64,000 bases of DNA from Thermoplasmata archaeon. GTDB lineage: Archaea; Thermoplasmatota; Thermoplasmata; RBG-16-68-12; JAGMCJ01. The stretch's first letter is position 1; each line of letters opens with the position of its first letter. A program made the position numbers and the translations under genes. The notes under the pieces were generated by a model. That model did not search any database. It saw nothing but the letters and a program-made list of their open reading frames with translations, and was not told the origin of the DNA. Positions 9,947 to 19,575 of this stretch are shown piece by piece. The stretch is taken from positions 667-64,666 of the forward strand of contig JAGLRN010000002.1 of the NCBI GenBank assembly GCA_023136265.1, given 5' to 3'.

Positions 9947-10960
9947 ATGACCTTTGAGGATGTCATCAAGCGGCTCAGGAAGCCAGGCAAAAGGAGTCCC
10001 GAGAGGTTCATATCGACCTGGACAGAGCAGGAGGTCTTGGACGGCGAGGCAACGGAGTGCTACGTCGTCGTTCTTCGGACAAAGGGCTGCTATTGGTCCA
10101 GGACGAGCGGGTGTTCCATGTGCGGATACATCAACGACTGCGCAGAGGAAGCCCCTTCAGAGAACATACTCGCACAGTTCGAGGAAGCCATGAAAGGCCA
10201 TGCCGGACAGAGGTACGTGAAAATCTACACGTCGGGGAGCTTCCTGGACGGTGACGAGATCGGGGTCGATGCGGCTCAGAGGATGCTGACCGCTGCGCTC
10301 GCCAGGGCCGATAGGGTGCTCATCGAGAGCAGGCCGGAATTCGTCTCCAGGAAGCGCCTCGAGAGTCTGCCCGAGCCGAACAGAATCGAGATAGCCATGG
10401 GCCTCGAGTCGGCGAGCGATGTGGTTCTCCGGAACTCGATCAACAAGAAGATGGACTTCGAGGACTTCAGGAAAGCGTGCGAGCTCTGCCAGGAGTTGGG
10501 GATGGGGACCCGGGCATACGTCCTGGTCAAACCCCCGTTCCTGACGGAGAAAGAGGCTTTGATGGACTCTGTGGCGACGGCGCGGTCGGCGTCCAATCTC
10601 ACCAATACCATCTCCCTCAACCCTGTCAATGTTCAAAGGAACACGCTCGTGGAGTTCCTCTGGAAGAGGGGCGAGTATCGACCTCCTTGGCTGTGGACCG
10701 TCCTGGAAGTCATCGAACGGAGCAAGGACATGGACTCGCGCATCGTCGTTTCAACTGTGGGAGCCGGCAGCAGGAGAGGTGCCCACAACTGCGGCGGGTG
10801 TGATTCGGCGATCATCGATTTCCTCCGCGAGTTCTCGTTGGACGGCTCGACGAGCCCGCCAGACACTGGGTGCGATTGTCGGGAGCAGTGGCTCGACCTC
10901 CTAGACATACAGGGACCCATGCAGTGCTCGGCCGACCCACACTCCTTCTTCGACAGATAG
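9947..10960 (+). CDS. Archaeosine biosynthesis radical SAM protein RaSEA
   Basis: LRTKGC.W....GCSMCGY, KIYTSGSFLD, ESRPEF, YRPPWLWT, RGAHNC. Confidence 0.88.
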   Translation: MTFEDVIKRLRKPGKRSPERFISTWTEQEVLDGEATECYVVVLRTKGCYWSRTSGCSMCGYINDCAEEAPSENILAQFEEAMKGHAGQRYVKIYTSGSFLDGDEIGVDAAQRMLTAALARADRVLIESRPEFVSRKRLESLPEPNRIEIAMGLESASDVVLRNSINKKMDFEDFRKACELCQELGMGTRAYVLVKPPFLTEKEALMDSVATARSASNLTNTISLNPVNVQRNTLVEFLWKRGEYRPPWLWTVLEVIERSKDMDSRIVVSTVGAGSRRGAHNCGGCDSAIIDFLREFSLDGSTSPPDTGCDCREQWLDLLDIQGPMQCSADPHSFFDR

Positions 10961-10992
10961 CTTTTTTTGGCGGGATTCCCCTTACTCCCCTC

Positions 10993-11304
10993 ATGCGCCA
11001 CTATCCTGTCAAGAGGGGAAACAAAGAGAACTTGCAGCCGGACAACCTTCGCGGCCTTGTGGCGGAGAGCTTCGGCGACTGCTCGGAGGAGGAGGGCAGA
11101 TTCACCGCGTCCTTCGGTGCCCTGAAGCAGATCTCCGCCTGGACCGATGGAAAAGACCTGATAGTCGACACGGAAATGGATGCGTCCGTTCCGGATGACG
11201 TTGCGATGGAGACCATAAGAAGATTCAACGACTTCCTTCTCAGGACGACCGGCTACAGGAGCAAGGAAAGAAAGAAGAGGGCGGAGAAAGAGCACAAGAA
11301 GTAG
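10993..11304 (+). CDS. DUF5611-like archaeal protein
   Basis: MRHYPVKRG start, ASFGALK, FNDFL...TGY.SKER. Confidence 0.7.
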   Translation: MRHYPVKRGNKENLQPDNLRGLVAESFGDCSEEEGRFTASFGALKQISAWTDGKDLIVDTEMDASVPDDVAMETIRRFNDFLLRTTGYRSKERKKRAEKEHKK

Positions 11305-11389
11305 TGGCTCATCAGCACTCAAGATCTTTGTCATCGCCCTCAGGCTCAGGCCACCTTTCTCATCACGATTCCTGAGCGTGGATCGACGT

Positions 11390-11435
11390 GCCTAGCCCCG
11401 CCGGAACTGCAGCACGGAGCTGCAGGGAGCTAGGC
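11390..11435. terminator. Nested hairpin at the 3' end of the ribosomal operon
   Basis: GCCTAGC/GCTAGGC outer stem and CTGCAGC/GCTGCAG inner stem between convergent genes. Confidence 0.4.
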
Positions 11436-11746
11436 TATCCGAACAGTGCTCCCAGACCGGCGGCCGCCTCTTCTTCGCTGACCTCTTCCTTCTTCTCCTT
11501 CTTCTCCTTCTTCTCCTTCTTCTCCTCTTCCTCGGGCGCTGCGGCTTCAGGCGCTGCAGCGGCGGGAACGGAGAACGCGGTTGACATTGCCTCTTCGATG
11601 TCGACGCCTTCGAGCGATGCGGTCAGAGCTTTCACCCTGGTGGGGTCCGGCTTGACACCTGCAGCCTTCAGGACCTTTTCGACGTTGTCTTCCGTTATCT
11701 CCTTTCCTACCGAGTGGAGGAGCATTGCTGAGTATACATATTCCAT
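11435..11746 (-). CDS. rpl12: 50S ribosomal stalk protein P1 (L12)
   Basis: [11 protein letters not shown]...GLGALFG. Confidence 0.97.
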   Translation of the reverse strand: MEYVYSAMLLHSVGKEITEDNVEKVLKAAGVKPDPTRVKALTASLEGVDIEEAMSTAFSVPAAAAPEAAAPEEEEKKEKKEKKEKKEEVSEEEAAAGLGALFG

Positions 11747-11765
11747 TCGTTCACCTCCGTGATCC

Positions 11766-12767
11766 TCATCCGAAAAGCGCTCCGAGGCCCGACGCGGCAT
11801 CTTCCTCAGAGACGTCCTTTTCTTCTTTCTTCTTCTCCTTTCCCTCGTCGGGCTTCTCTTCTGGCTCGCGCTTCTTTCTTGTTGTGAGCTTCGCCTTGAG
11901 CTCATCGTCGAGAGCGTCAGGAATCCGCGAGGACAGGCTTAGCATCTGCCCGTGAGCCTTCTGCAACAGAAGCTCCGCCGTCTTCTTCGTCAAGATTCCA
12001 GAGGCCATGGCCACATTCAGCGCTCTCTGTTCCGCCTGCACTATGAGGGGTTCGATGGTCCGATCCGTGATGTAGTGTATGAACATCGCCAAGTTCATCG
12101 ACCCGCTTATCGCGTCGCACAGGCGCGACATGAATTCGACGTCGTCGATCCTGAGGTCCTCCGGCGAGAATATCAGGCCGTTCTCATAGACTCCCGTCAG
12201 GTTCAGTCCCACGATGATGGGATAGATCTCGAGGCGGGTGAGAACCTGAGCCACTTGTTTGGGTATCTTCTCCCCTTCCTTCACGAGAATCGTGTCCTTC
12301 TTTATGACCACCTTGCCTCTCTCGATCGAGGCGGGCAGTCCTGCTCTCTGGAGCTCGCTCATGATCGGTCCTGGCTTGAAGGGCGTGTCACCCTCTTTGA
12401 CGAGAATGTCCTCGGGGCATACTTCTCCACCCCTGGCGGGCGCTTTCGTCTTCGTGGACTCCATCTCCTTGAAGAGCTTGAAGGGATTGAGATCCGTCAG
12501 TACGAATGCCACTTGCCCGCTCAAGTGGTCCGCGAGCTTTTCGATGCCCTCTTTGCTCTCCGAGAGTTTCGTCAGTGAGTGATGGATCAGGCTCTTCTTG
12601 GAGACTATTATCCTGGCCCTCCCTCTCAATCTCTGGCGAATGTGCTGGAGCTGCGGAGCGGGGATGCCCTTGACGTCCGCAATCGCAACCACAGAGCTCT
12701 CCGTGACCGCGGTGGTAAGTTCCTCGACTTTCCGGACTTTCCATTCAGACACTTCCGCCGTAGCCAT
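11766..12767 (-). CDS. rpl10: 50S ribosomal protein L10 (P0)
   Basis: GDTPFKPGP insert, C-terminal GLGALFG. Confidence 0.97.
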   Translation of the reverse strand: MATAEVSEWKVRKVEELTTAVTESSVVAIADVKGIPAPQLQHIRQRLRGRARIIVSKKSLIHHSLTKLSESKEGIEKLADHLSGQVAFVLTDLNPFKLFKEMESTKTKAPARGGEVCPEDILVKEGDTPFKPGPIMSELQRAGLPASIERGKVVIKKDTILVKEGEKIPKQVAQVLTRLEIYPIIVGLNLTGVYENGLIFSPEDLRIDDVEFMSRLCDAISGSMNLAMFIHYITDRTIEPLIVQAEQRALNVAMASGILTKKTAELLLQKAHGQMLSLSSRIPDALDDELKAKLTTRKKREPEEKPDEGKEKKKEEKDVSEEDAASGLGALFG

Positions 12768-12771
12768 CACC

Positions 12772-13410
12772 TCACATAATCTTGACAGCAGGTCCCATCG
12801 TCGTCTTCACATAAGCCGATTGGATGTTGTCCCTTCCCCTCTCGAGGCGTGAGACCAGCCGCTTGATGATCTCGTCCAGATTGTCGGCGAGGTCCTCGGG
12901 CGACATGCTCTTCGTCCCCACCGGGGCGTGGAACGTTCTCCTGTCCTTCGTTCTTATCTTCACAGTCCTCTTCATGTTCTCGATTATCGGTTTGGGATCT
13001 GCCCCTGGCGCTACGGGCTTGGGCATCTTCCCCCTTGTTGCTAGTATCACTCCGAGGCGCTTGCCTATCGTGGGCATGAGCGGGGCCTCCGCGAGGAAGA
13101 AATCAATCTTCCCTGCAATCTTTCGCGCCCTCCTCTTGTCGTCCGCCAGATCCTCGATGTCCTCTGGCCCGAATACCATGTCCACAGAGCCTTTCGCCTT
13201 AACGGCGAGTTCCCCCGTGGCGAAGATCGCTATCCTGACCTGCCTGCCCCTGCCCTTCGGAAGAAGAATCTCCTCCTCTATCCTGTTCTTGGGCACAGAG
13301 AGGTCCACATCCTTGAGATTGACCGCGATTTCAACGCTCTCCTCAAAATTCCTCTGCTTGGAAGCTTCGATTGCCTTCCCTATCGCCTCAATCGTTCCTT
13401 TCTCGACCAA
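12772..13410 (-). CDS. rpl1: 50S ribosomal protein L1
   Basis: RNFEESVE, RGKMPKP, KTTMGP. Confidence 0.98.
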   Translation of the reverse strand: MVEKGTIEAIGKAIEASKQRNFEESVEIAVNLKDVDLSVPKNRIEEEILLPKGRGRQVRIAIFATGELAVKAKGSVDMVFGPEDIEDLADDKRRARKIAGKIDFFLAEAPLMPTIGKRLGVILATRGKMPKPVAPGADPKPIIENMKRTVKIRTKDRRTFHAPVGTKSMSPEDLADNLDEIIKRLVSRLERGRDNIQSAYVKTTMGPAVKIM

Positions 13411-13421
13411 ACAGAGACCTC

Positions 13422-13452
13422 CCGTAGTGCCAGCGGCGTTTGCCTCCTACAG
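13422..13452 (-). promoter_or_regulatory. Putative L1-binding autoregulatory mRNA leader
   Basis: CUGUAGGAGGC-AAAC-GCCGCUGGCACUACGG mimics the 23S L1 site (GGAGGC...GCCG...AC). Confidence 0.65.
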
Positions 13453-13478
13453 TGGGAAACTGCATATCCAGTGCTCCG

Positions 13479-13490
13479 ATATAAGTCTTT
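13479..13490 (-). promoter_or_regulatory. BRE/TATA promoter for the L1-L10-P1 transcript
   Basis: AAAGACTTATAT about 27 nt upstream of the leader hairpin. Confidence 0.55.
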
Positions 13491-13496
13491 GGATTC

Positions 13497-13985
13497 TCAA
13501 TCGCCCATGAGCACGCCGTCGTAGACGCCCTTCTTGATATCCTTCTGCATGTCCTTGGGGTCCTTTCCTTCCACGGTGACGCCCACGGAGACACACGACC
13601 CGATAATCTCGAGCGTCCTATCCTTCTCCCTCTTGCCGAGCATTGACGATTTCTTCATCTCGGCGATCTTCTTGATCTGCTCGATGGTCAGGTCACCAGC
13701 TTTCGTCCGAGTCGTGTCCCCGGACCCCTTCTCCACTCCCAGCTCCTTGAGGATCAACGCTGAAGTCGGGGGCGTTCCCACTTCCACCTCGAAGTCCTTC
13801 GTGGACGTGTCGACCGTGAGCGTAATGGGGACCTTCATCCCCTCGAACTGTTTCGTCTTCTCGTTTATGGCGTTGATGACTTCCATGATGTTGACGCCCA
13901 TCGGACCAAGAGCCGGTCCAAGAGGCGGTCCAGCAGAAGCCTTTCCTCCATCAACGAGAACCTTGAGAACCTCGGCCAATATCAC
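13497..13985 (-). CDS. rpl11: 50S ribosomal protein L11
   Basis: [29 protein letters not shown]. Confidence 0.98.
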   Translation of the reverse strand: MILAEVLKVLVDGGKASAGPPLGPALGPMGVNIMEVINAINEKTKQFEGMKVPITLTVDTSTKDFEVEVGTPPTSALILKELGVEKGSGDTTRTKAGDLTIEQIKKIAEMKKSSMLGKREKDRTLEIIGSCVSVGVTVEGKDPKDMQKDIKKGVYDGVLMGD

Positions 13986-14899
13986 TCCTCCCTCTCTTCC
14001 TTCTGGATGACCCGTACGCTGTCTCCCCTCACAGTGACCGGTATGGGAACGACGGCCTCGAAGAGCTCGACCGTGATCTCTTCCTTGCCCTCATCGATCT
14101 GCTGGACCCTGGCCTTCTCACCCTTGAACGGTCCCGCGATGAGCTCGACGATATCACCTTCGACTATCCCTGACACGAGGGGCTTCGGTTCCAGGAAATG
14201 ATCGATTTCGGAGAGCGACGTCTCCCCTTTCACGATTCCCCGGGCCCTCCGGATGCCCTTCACCATCTCCTCGAGCCTGTCAGGGTTTATCGTCTCAACG
14301 AGCACGTAGCCCCTGAGGGTCGTCGGCGATAGGACGGAGAACACCCCGGTCTTCGGGGACTTCGCCCTCGCCGCGATGGAGTCCGCGACGCTCTTCTCAT
14401 GGCCTATGGAAGTCTTGACGGCCATCACCATCTGCCGGACGGTAGTGGTAATCGTCTTCATGTCGGAAAGGGCCGGATCTCCTCTTGATGTGGCAATGAC
14501 CACGACGTTCAGACGGTCACCGTACTTCGGTCCCCTCGGGGCGACCACGTTCAACGTGAACTCCTTCTTCTCGTGCGAGCCCGTCTCGATCTCCCTTTCG
14601 GTCAGCTCGGTCAGCGTGACATCCCACACGTTCTTGAAGAGCCCCTCGATCTTGACGGTCCACTCAGAGTGCTCTCCTTCCTCCTCCTCGGTATACATGA
14701 GGTCGAGCTTGATCTGAACGGTGTCCTCGGCGTCCCCGAGGTTCTCCAGCGTCATCTCGAAGTCGTTGGACGAGCCCGACGTGACCACCCGAGTGGTCTC
14801 CTCGCACGTGAGTGCGATTCCGAAGCGCTCGGGACGTTCCTCGGGTTCCTCGGGTTCCTTCTCTTCCTCTTCCTCTTCCTCTGCTTCAAAAACTCCCAC
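13982..14899 (-). CDS. spt5: Transcription elongation factor Spt5 with an N-terminal extension of about 155 aa
   Basis: C-terminal NGN (LRGYVLVE) and KOW ([16 protein letters not shown]) domains. Confidence 0.93.
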   Translation of the reverse strand: MGVFEAEEEEEEEKEPEEPEERPERFGIALTCEETTRVVTSGSSNDFEMTLENLGDAEDTVQIKLDLMYTEEEEGEHSEWTVKIEGLFKNVWDVTLTELTEREIETGSHEKKEFTLNVVAPRGPKYGDRLNVVVIATSRGDPALSDMKTITTTVRQMVMAVKTSIGHEKSVADSIAARAKSPKTGVFSVLSPTTLRGYVLVETINPDRLEEMVKGIRRARGIVKGETSLSEIDHFLEPKPLVSGIVEGDIVELIAGPFKGEKARVQQIDEGKEEITVELFEAVVPIPVTVRGDSVRVIQKEEREE

Positions 14900-14916
14900 T
14901 GAATCAATCTCCCTAG

Positions 14917-15141
14917 CTATGCATACATCTTTGGAAGCTCTACCATGATGAGGAATATGAGAAAGCCCACCGCACCAATCAGGATTATGCCGAGACCCGT
15001 GATTTGAAGAACCCTGATGTACTCGTCCGTCGTCGGTTTTCGAGCCATCCTCAGGATCCTGCCGTACTTCCCCCTGCCGATCCTCTTGGCCTTCTCCTCA
15101 ATCTTCCTCTGTATGTCCCATGACTTGTCAACGATGTCCAT
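14917..15141 (-). CDS. secE: Protein translocase SecE/Sec61-gamma
   Basis: RMARKPT.DEY, C-terminal TM; conserved secE-spt5-rpl11 order. Confidence 0.92.
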   Translation of the reverse strand: MDIVDKSWDIQRKIEEKAKRIGRGKYGRILRMARKPTTDEYIRVLQITGLGIILIGAVGFLIFLIMVELPKMYA

Positions 15142-15154
15142 TGGTCGCACCGAA

Positions 15155-16264
15155 CTACTTGATTAAGTCAATACCGCCTACTTCAGCTTTTCGGACCTCT
15201 TCTCGGCCCAGAATCTGTCTGGACTTCACGCCCGTCAGAATCACCATGACCCGCATGAGGTGCTCCAGGGACGGTTCCACCGCGGCTCCCCAGATGATCC
15301 GCGCGTTCCGGCTGATTCTGCTCTGAACTATCTCGGCGACCTTTTCCGCTTCGCTGACAGTCATGCTATTACCGCCGGTGACGTTGACCAGCGCGCCTGA
15401 GGCCTCGGTTATGTCGACATCGATCAGAGGAGAGTTTATTGCCTCCTCGACAGCTTCCTCGGCCCGGTTATCGGAGTCGCCCTCACCGAGGCCTATCATC
15501 GCCACGCCGCCGCCCTTCATTATCGTCCTTATGTCGTTGAAGTCGAGATTGACCAGGCCGGGTTTCGTGATGACCTCAGTGATTCCCTTGATCGAACGCA
15601 TCAGAACCTCGTCGGCCACCTTGAAGGCAGCGTTGAGCGCCAGTCTCGGGACCAGCTCGATAAGCTTGTCGTTCGGGATCACTATCACCGTGTCAGCGTG
15701 GTTCCTCAGCTTCTCGAGCCCATACTCCGCGTTCTCCATTCTGATCGTGCCTTCTGCCCTGAACGGAAGAGTGCATATCGCGATCGTGAGCGCCCCGACC
15801 TCCTTGGCCAGGCTCGCAATGTAGGGTGTTGCGCCCGTGCCCGTGCCGCCTCCGAGACCGCACGTGACGAAGACCATGTCCGACCCTTGGAGCATGGCTC
15901 GCAGCTCCTCCTCACTCTCCCGGGCGGCTTCCTCGCCTATCTGCGGCAGGGCTCCGGCCCCCAGACCTCTCGTGGACCTCTTGCCCAGAAGCAACTTGTG
16001 GGGCGACCGGATGGTCAGCAGGTGCTGCGCATCGGTGTTCGCCGCGTACAGTTCCGCGCCCAGAACACCGGCACCCACGAGCCTGTCTATCGTGTTGGAC
16101 CCTCCACCGCCCACACCTATGATCCTGATGTTCGTTTTCAGTCCCGCTAGAATCCTCTCGAGCTCTTCATCATCGGCACTGAACCCGCCGAGTTCAGTGG
16201 GCGCTTCCCGAGCAACAGTATCTTCACCCGCTCGAGATAGAACTTCTTCTACTACAGATTTCAT
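15155..16264 (-). CDS. ftsZ: Cell division protein FtsZ (copy A)
   Basis: [24 protein letters not shown]. Confidence 0.98.
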   Translation of the reverse strand: MKSVVEEVLSRAGEDTVAREAPTELGGFSADDEELERILAGLKTNIRIIGVGGGGSNTIDRLVGAGVLGAELYAANTDAQHLLTIRSPHKLLLGKRSTRGLGAGALPQIGEEAARESEEELRAMLQGSDMVFVTCGLGGGTGTGATPYIASLAKEVGALTIAICTLPFRAEGTIRMENAEYGLEKLRNHADTVIVIPNDKLIELVPRLALNAAFKVADEVLMRSIKGITEVITKPGLVNLDFNDIRTIMKGGGVAMIGLGEGDSDNRAEEAVEEAINSPLIDVDITEASGALVNVTGGNSMTVSEAEKVAEIVQSRISRNARIIWGAAVEPSLEHLMRVMVILTGVKSRQILGREEVRKAEVGGIDLIK

Positions 16265-16335
16265 CTCGAATCCTCCAAATCAATCCATGGATACAAATGG
16301 GTTGAAGGCTTTCGTTCACGTAAACCACACAAGGC

Positions 16336-16349
16336 TATAAAAGGTTTCG
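16336..16349 (-). promoter_or_regulatory. BRE/TATA promoter between the two ftsZ genes
   Basis: CGAAACCTTTTATA on the minus strand. Confidence 0.55.
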
Positions 16350-16408
16350 GTAGGATGGCTGGCGGTCGCCGGATGTCTGGCTATGACGATTTTCTCGCGT
16401 TGGAGGGG

Positions 16409-17515
16409 CTATCTTACGACGTCCACGCCCATCTTCTTGCCGACGGGTGAGCTGGTCTTCCCGAGTATCTGCTTGGACCTCACTCCGGTGACGATGAGCA
16501 TCACTTTCAACGTGTGCTCGAGTGTTGGATCGACGCTGGCGCCCCATATGATGCGCGCATTGGGGCTGACCCTGTCCTGTATCTCCTCGACCACCTTCTC
16601 GGCCTCGGACACTGTCATGTCGTTCCCTCCCGTGACGTTGACGAGAACGCCTCTCGCATCGCTCACGTCCACATCGAGCAGCGGAGACTCGATCGCTTCG
16701 GTGAGGGCTTCGACGGCCCGGTCCTCGCCGACCGCATCGGACTCACCGAGCCCGATCATCGCAACTCCCGCGCCCTGCATTATCGTTCTGATGTCGTTGA
16801 AGTCGAGGTTCACGAGACCCGGCTTGGTGATGACCTCCGCAAGGCCCTTTATCGCCCGCACAAGCACCTCGTCGGCGAATCGGAACGCAGCGTTGAGAGA
16901 GAGCCGTGGAACAAGGTCCAGGAGCCTGTCGTTAGGTATCGATACGACTGTATCGGCACTCTGCCTGAGCTTCTCGAGGCCCCACTCGGCGTTCTCCATC
17001 CTCAGCAGTCCCTCGCCCTTGAAGGGAAGCGTAACGAATGCAACGGTCAGAGCTCCCGCGTCCTTGGCGAGCTTCGAGATCACATGGCTTCCGCCGGTAC
17101 CTGTTCCGCCGCCCAGACCGCAGGTCACGAAGACCATGTCGGAACCGTGCAGGAACTTCCTGATGTCCTCCTCGTTCTCGCGCGCCGCTTCCTCTCCGAT
17201 CTGTGGTAGGGCACCCGCTCCCAGACCCTTGGTCACCCTTCTTCCGAGGAGTATCTTCTTCGGTGCAGGCGTCGCCAGGAGGTGCTGAGCATCGGTGTTC
17301 GCCGCGAAGAGCTCTGCCCCGGTTATGCCTTCCTCCATCATCCGAGCGATGGTGTTGCAGCCGCTGCCCCCGCATCCGAATATCCTCACCTTGGTCTTCA
17401 TCTCGGCGAGAAGCGATTCGAGTTCCGTGTCGGCTCTCATATCCTCATTAACCGCTGGCGCGGTGCTCACAGGCTTGTCGTCTCTTGAAAGTGCATCCTC
17501 TAATAGGGTCTTCAT
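16409..17515 (-). CDS. ftsZ: Cell division protein FtsZ (copy B)
   Basis: [24 protein letters not shown]; ATG 17515 after GGAGG. Confidence 0.97.
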   Translation of the reverse strand: MKTLLEDALSRDDKPVSTAPAVNEDMRADTELESLLAEMKTKVRIFGCGGSGCNTIARMMEEGITGAELFAANTDAQHLLATPAPKKILLGRRVTKGLGAGALPQIGEEAARENEEDIRKFLHGSDMVFVTCGLGGGTGTGGSHVISKLAKDAGALTVAFVTLPFKGEGLLRMENAEWGLEKLRQSADTVVSIPNDRLLDLVPRLSLNAAFRFADEVLVRAIKGLAEVITKPGLVNLDFNDIRTIMQGAGVAMIGLGESDAVGEDRAVEALTEAIESPLLDVDVSDARGVLVNVTGGNDMTVSEAEKVVEEIQDRVSPNARIIWGASVDPTLEHTLKVMLIVTGVRSKQILGKTSSPVGKKMGVDVVR

Positions 17516-17629
17516 TCTCAGACCTCCAGTATTTGTGAGGAATCCCATCCCACAAATCGGACGTTAATGCTGCTACGGATATTTAGAGATATTGGGTTGT
17601 ATCGGACGGTGCTTCTAGCGGTTTCTGGA

Positions 17630-18931
17630 TCAACCGAAAATGACCTTGGGCGCTGCCTTCCCGACCGCTTCCCTTGCTTTCGGAACACACGAAACGAGAA
17701 GGACCCAATCCGAGACCTCTCTCCTCCGCAGGGTCTTGCTCAGACCGCTCATGCGCCTGAGAGGTCTCACCTTCTTCCCGTCGAGGATCTTGACGTCGAG
17801 CTGGTTCATCCTCGGCTCGGTGACGAGGAGCTCCGGGCGGGGCATGTCCAGTATCACTTCCCCGCGCTTGGCGTTGGCTCGGTCCGCGATGGAGTCCTCG
17901 ACCGCCCGTCTCCGCCTCAGGTCCGAGAGCTCCGAGAGCGTCTCCCGCCTGTCACCGCTGAGCTCCTTCTCCTCTAGGATGTAGGCCTTCTTGAAGAGCT
18001 TCCTGTACTTGATCCTCATCGCCATGTCCCGCTGCAGTCCGCCTTCCGATATCAGCCAGGACATCAGCTCCGAGTCCACCATCCTCTGCATCCTCTCGTA
18101 GTCCGGCTCGGCGGCCCGCTCGACCGCCCGGGCGAGCATCAGTTCGGCGACCCGGACCGTCTTGTGGAAGTAGACCGATGAGTACATCAGCGCGCGAGCG
18201 ACGAACATGCCCTCCACCGAGCTGATCCCCTTCTTGTCCGTGACTATGTTGTTGTCGAATATCTGGACCGTCTGTATGAGCCGGTCGACGTCTATCACTC
18301 CGTGTGCGACTCCTGTGTAGTGGGAGTCCCGCAGGAGGTAGTCGATCTGGTCGACGTCGACGGAGCCGTGGATCATCTGCGATAGGTACTTCCTCGATTC
18401 CGACGGCTTCTGCCCGCCAAAGTCCGAGAGCTTGGAGAAGCCCAGCTCTCGGGAACCCATCACGATGTCGGAGACCAGCTTCGGGTCGAGCCCGTGCTTC
18501 TCGAGGACCTCTGGAACGGACGGGATGTCGTCGAACTGCTCCTTCTCCGGTCCGGCGATCATCTCCTCCTCTCCGCGTATCACCTTCTTCGCGAGTAGCA
18601 TGTGGTCCAAGCCGCTCAGCTCGGAGATGTGGTACTCCAGCATGTGCGAGAACGGCCCGTGACCGATGTCGTGCAGGAGGGCTGCGGCCGAGACGGAGAG
18701 TCTCTCCTCCTCGGGGAGATTGAGGATATCACTCATCCTCTGTGCCAGATGGCAGCACCCCAGCGAGTGCTCGATCCTGGTGTGATTGGCGCCCGGGAAG
18801 ACCAGGTAAGTCAGTCCGAGCTGCCTGATGCCGTTAAGTCTCTGTATCTCCAGTGTTTCCATGAGGTCCAGGAACGGTCTTTCGAACCTCATGCTCCCGA
18901 AGATGGTGTCCTGTATGATCTTGAAATCCAT
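17630..18931 (-). CDS. HD-superfamily phosphohydrolase (dNTP triphosphohydrolase-like)
   Basis: QRL..IRQLG...VFPGANHTR.EHSLG, LLHDIGHGPFSH, DVDQIDYLLRD. Confidence 0.88.
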   Translation of the reverse strand: MDFKIIQDTIFGSMRFERPFLDLMETLEIQRLNGIRQLGLTYLVFPGANHTRIEHSLGCCHLAQRMSDILNLPEEERLSVSAAALLHDIGHGPFSHMLEYHISELSGLDHMLLAKKVIRGEEEMIAGPEKEQFDDIPSVPEVLEKHGLDPKLVSDIVMGSRELGFSKLSDFGGQKPSESRKYLSQMIHGSVDVDQIDYLLRDSHYTGVAHGVIDVDRLIQTVQIFDNNIVTDKKGISSVEGMFVARALMYSSVYFHKTVRVAELMLARAVERAAEPDYERMQRMVDSELMSWLISEGGLQRDMAMRIKYRKLFKKAYILEEKELSGDRRETLSELSDLRRRRAVEDSIADRANAKRGEVILDMPRPELLVTEPRMNQLDVKILDGKKVRPLRRMSGLSKTLRRREVSDWVLLVSCVPKAREAVGKAAPKVIFG

Positions 18932-19031
18932 CGCTGAGCCATCCGCACGGGGATATTAATCACTTTTCGATGGGCGGGAGGCGTTGGAGAAACGTTCGAA
19001 ACCCTTTGGAGCGGTTGTCAAGGTCTCCTAG

Positions 19032-19381
19032 ACGGAGGTGAAACGGAGTGGGTACGGAGGAGTTACGGAGGAGAAACGGAGGATCTCTAGTGGGACATAG
19101 GAGAACCATAGAAGGAGCATAGGAGGCAAAGGTTTATGAGGGGTAACAGGCGGGCTCGGAGCTCATTCTATCACGGAGACACAGCGAATAGCAAGGATCC
19201 TGCAAGGAATAGCAAGGGAGGAGCAAGGATTCGGCAAGGAACCTGCAAGCGACCTGCAAGGATCTAGCAAGGATTCGGCAAGGATGTCTATGGTAAGTGT
19301 ATGGTAGGTCCCTAGGATGTCACAGGAAACCTTAGCGGGACTTTAGGGAAACCTCAGGAGGAGCCTAGGATTTGCCTATGA
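19032..19381 (+). repeat. About 11-bp-phased short-motif array I
   Basis: ACGGAG at 19032/43/54/65/76; CATAG at 19096/107/118; GCAAG x9 from 19191 to 19278; CCTAGGA-like units to 19375. Confidence 0.9.
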
Positions 19382-19575
19382 TTTGTCGTTCATCATATTG
19401 AAGGGCGACATCTTCTACGAGATGCCTCCTATGCGAGGAAAGCCAGCGCCCGCGGTGCGGCGCGCTCATGTTCACCGCAGCGGAGAGGTGGGAACGGAAG
19501 GATGCCTAGGCAAACCGATGAACTCCCACAAGAATTATAACGTCCCATACGAATCGTGACGGCGAGGGATAGCGG

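Noticed and set aside
19032-19381. CRISPR array interpretation of either phased array (also 51501-51836)
   Set aside because: Repeats are 5-7 nt with 4-6 nt gaps, not 24-47 nt repeats with about 35-nt spacers, and there are no cas genes.
19434-19540. RNase P RNA suggested by GAGGAAAG
   Set aside because: The remaining conserved regions and the P4 partner are missing, and the space is too short.
18940-19570. Orc1/Cdc6 replication origin
   Set aside because: No recognisable ORB box (TTCCA-TGGAA plus G-string), no clear AT-rich unwinding element and no orc1/cdc6 gene nearby. Origin-like function is left only as a hypothesis.
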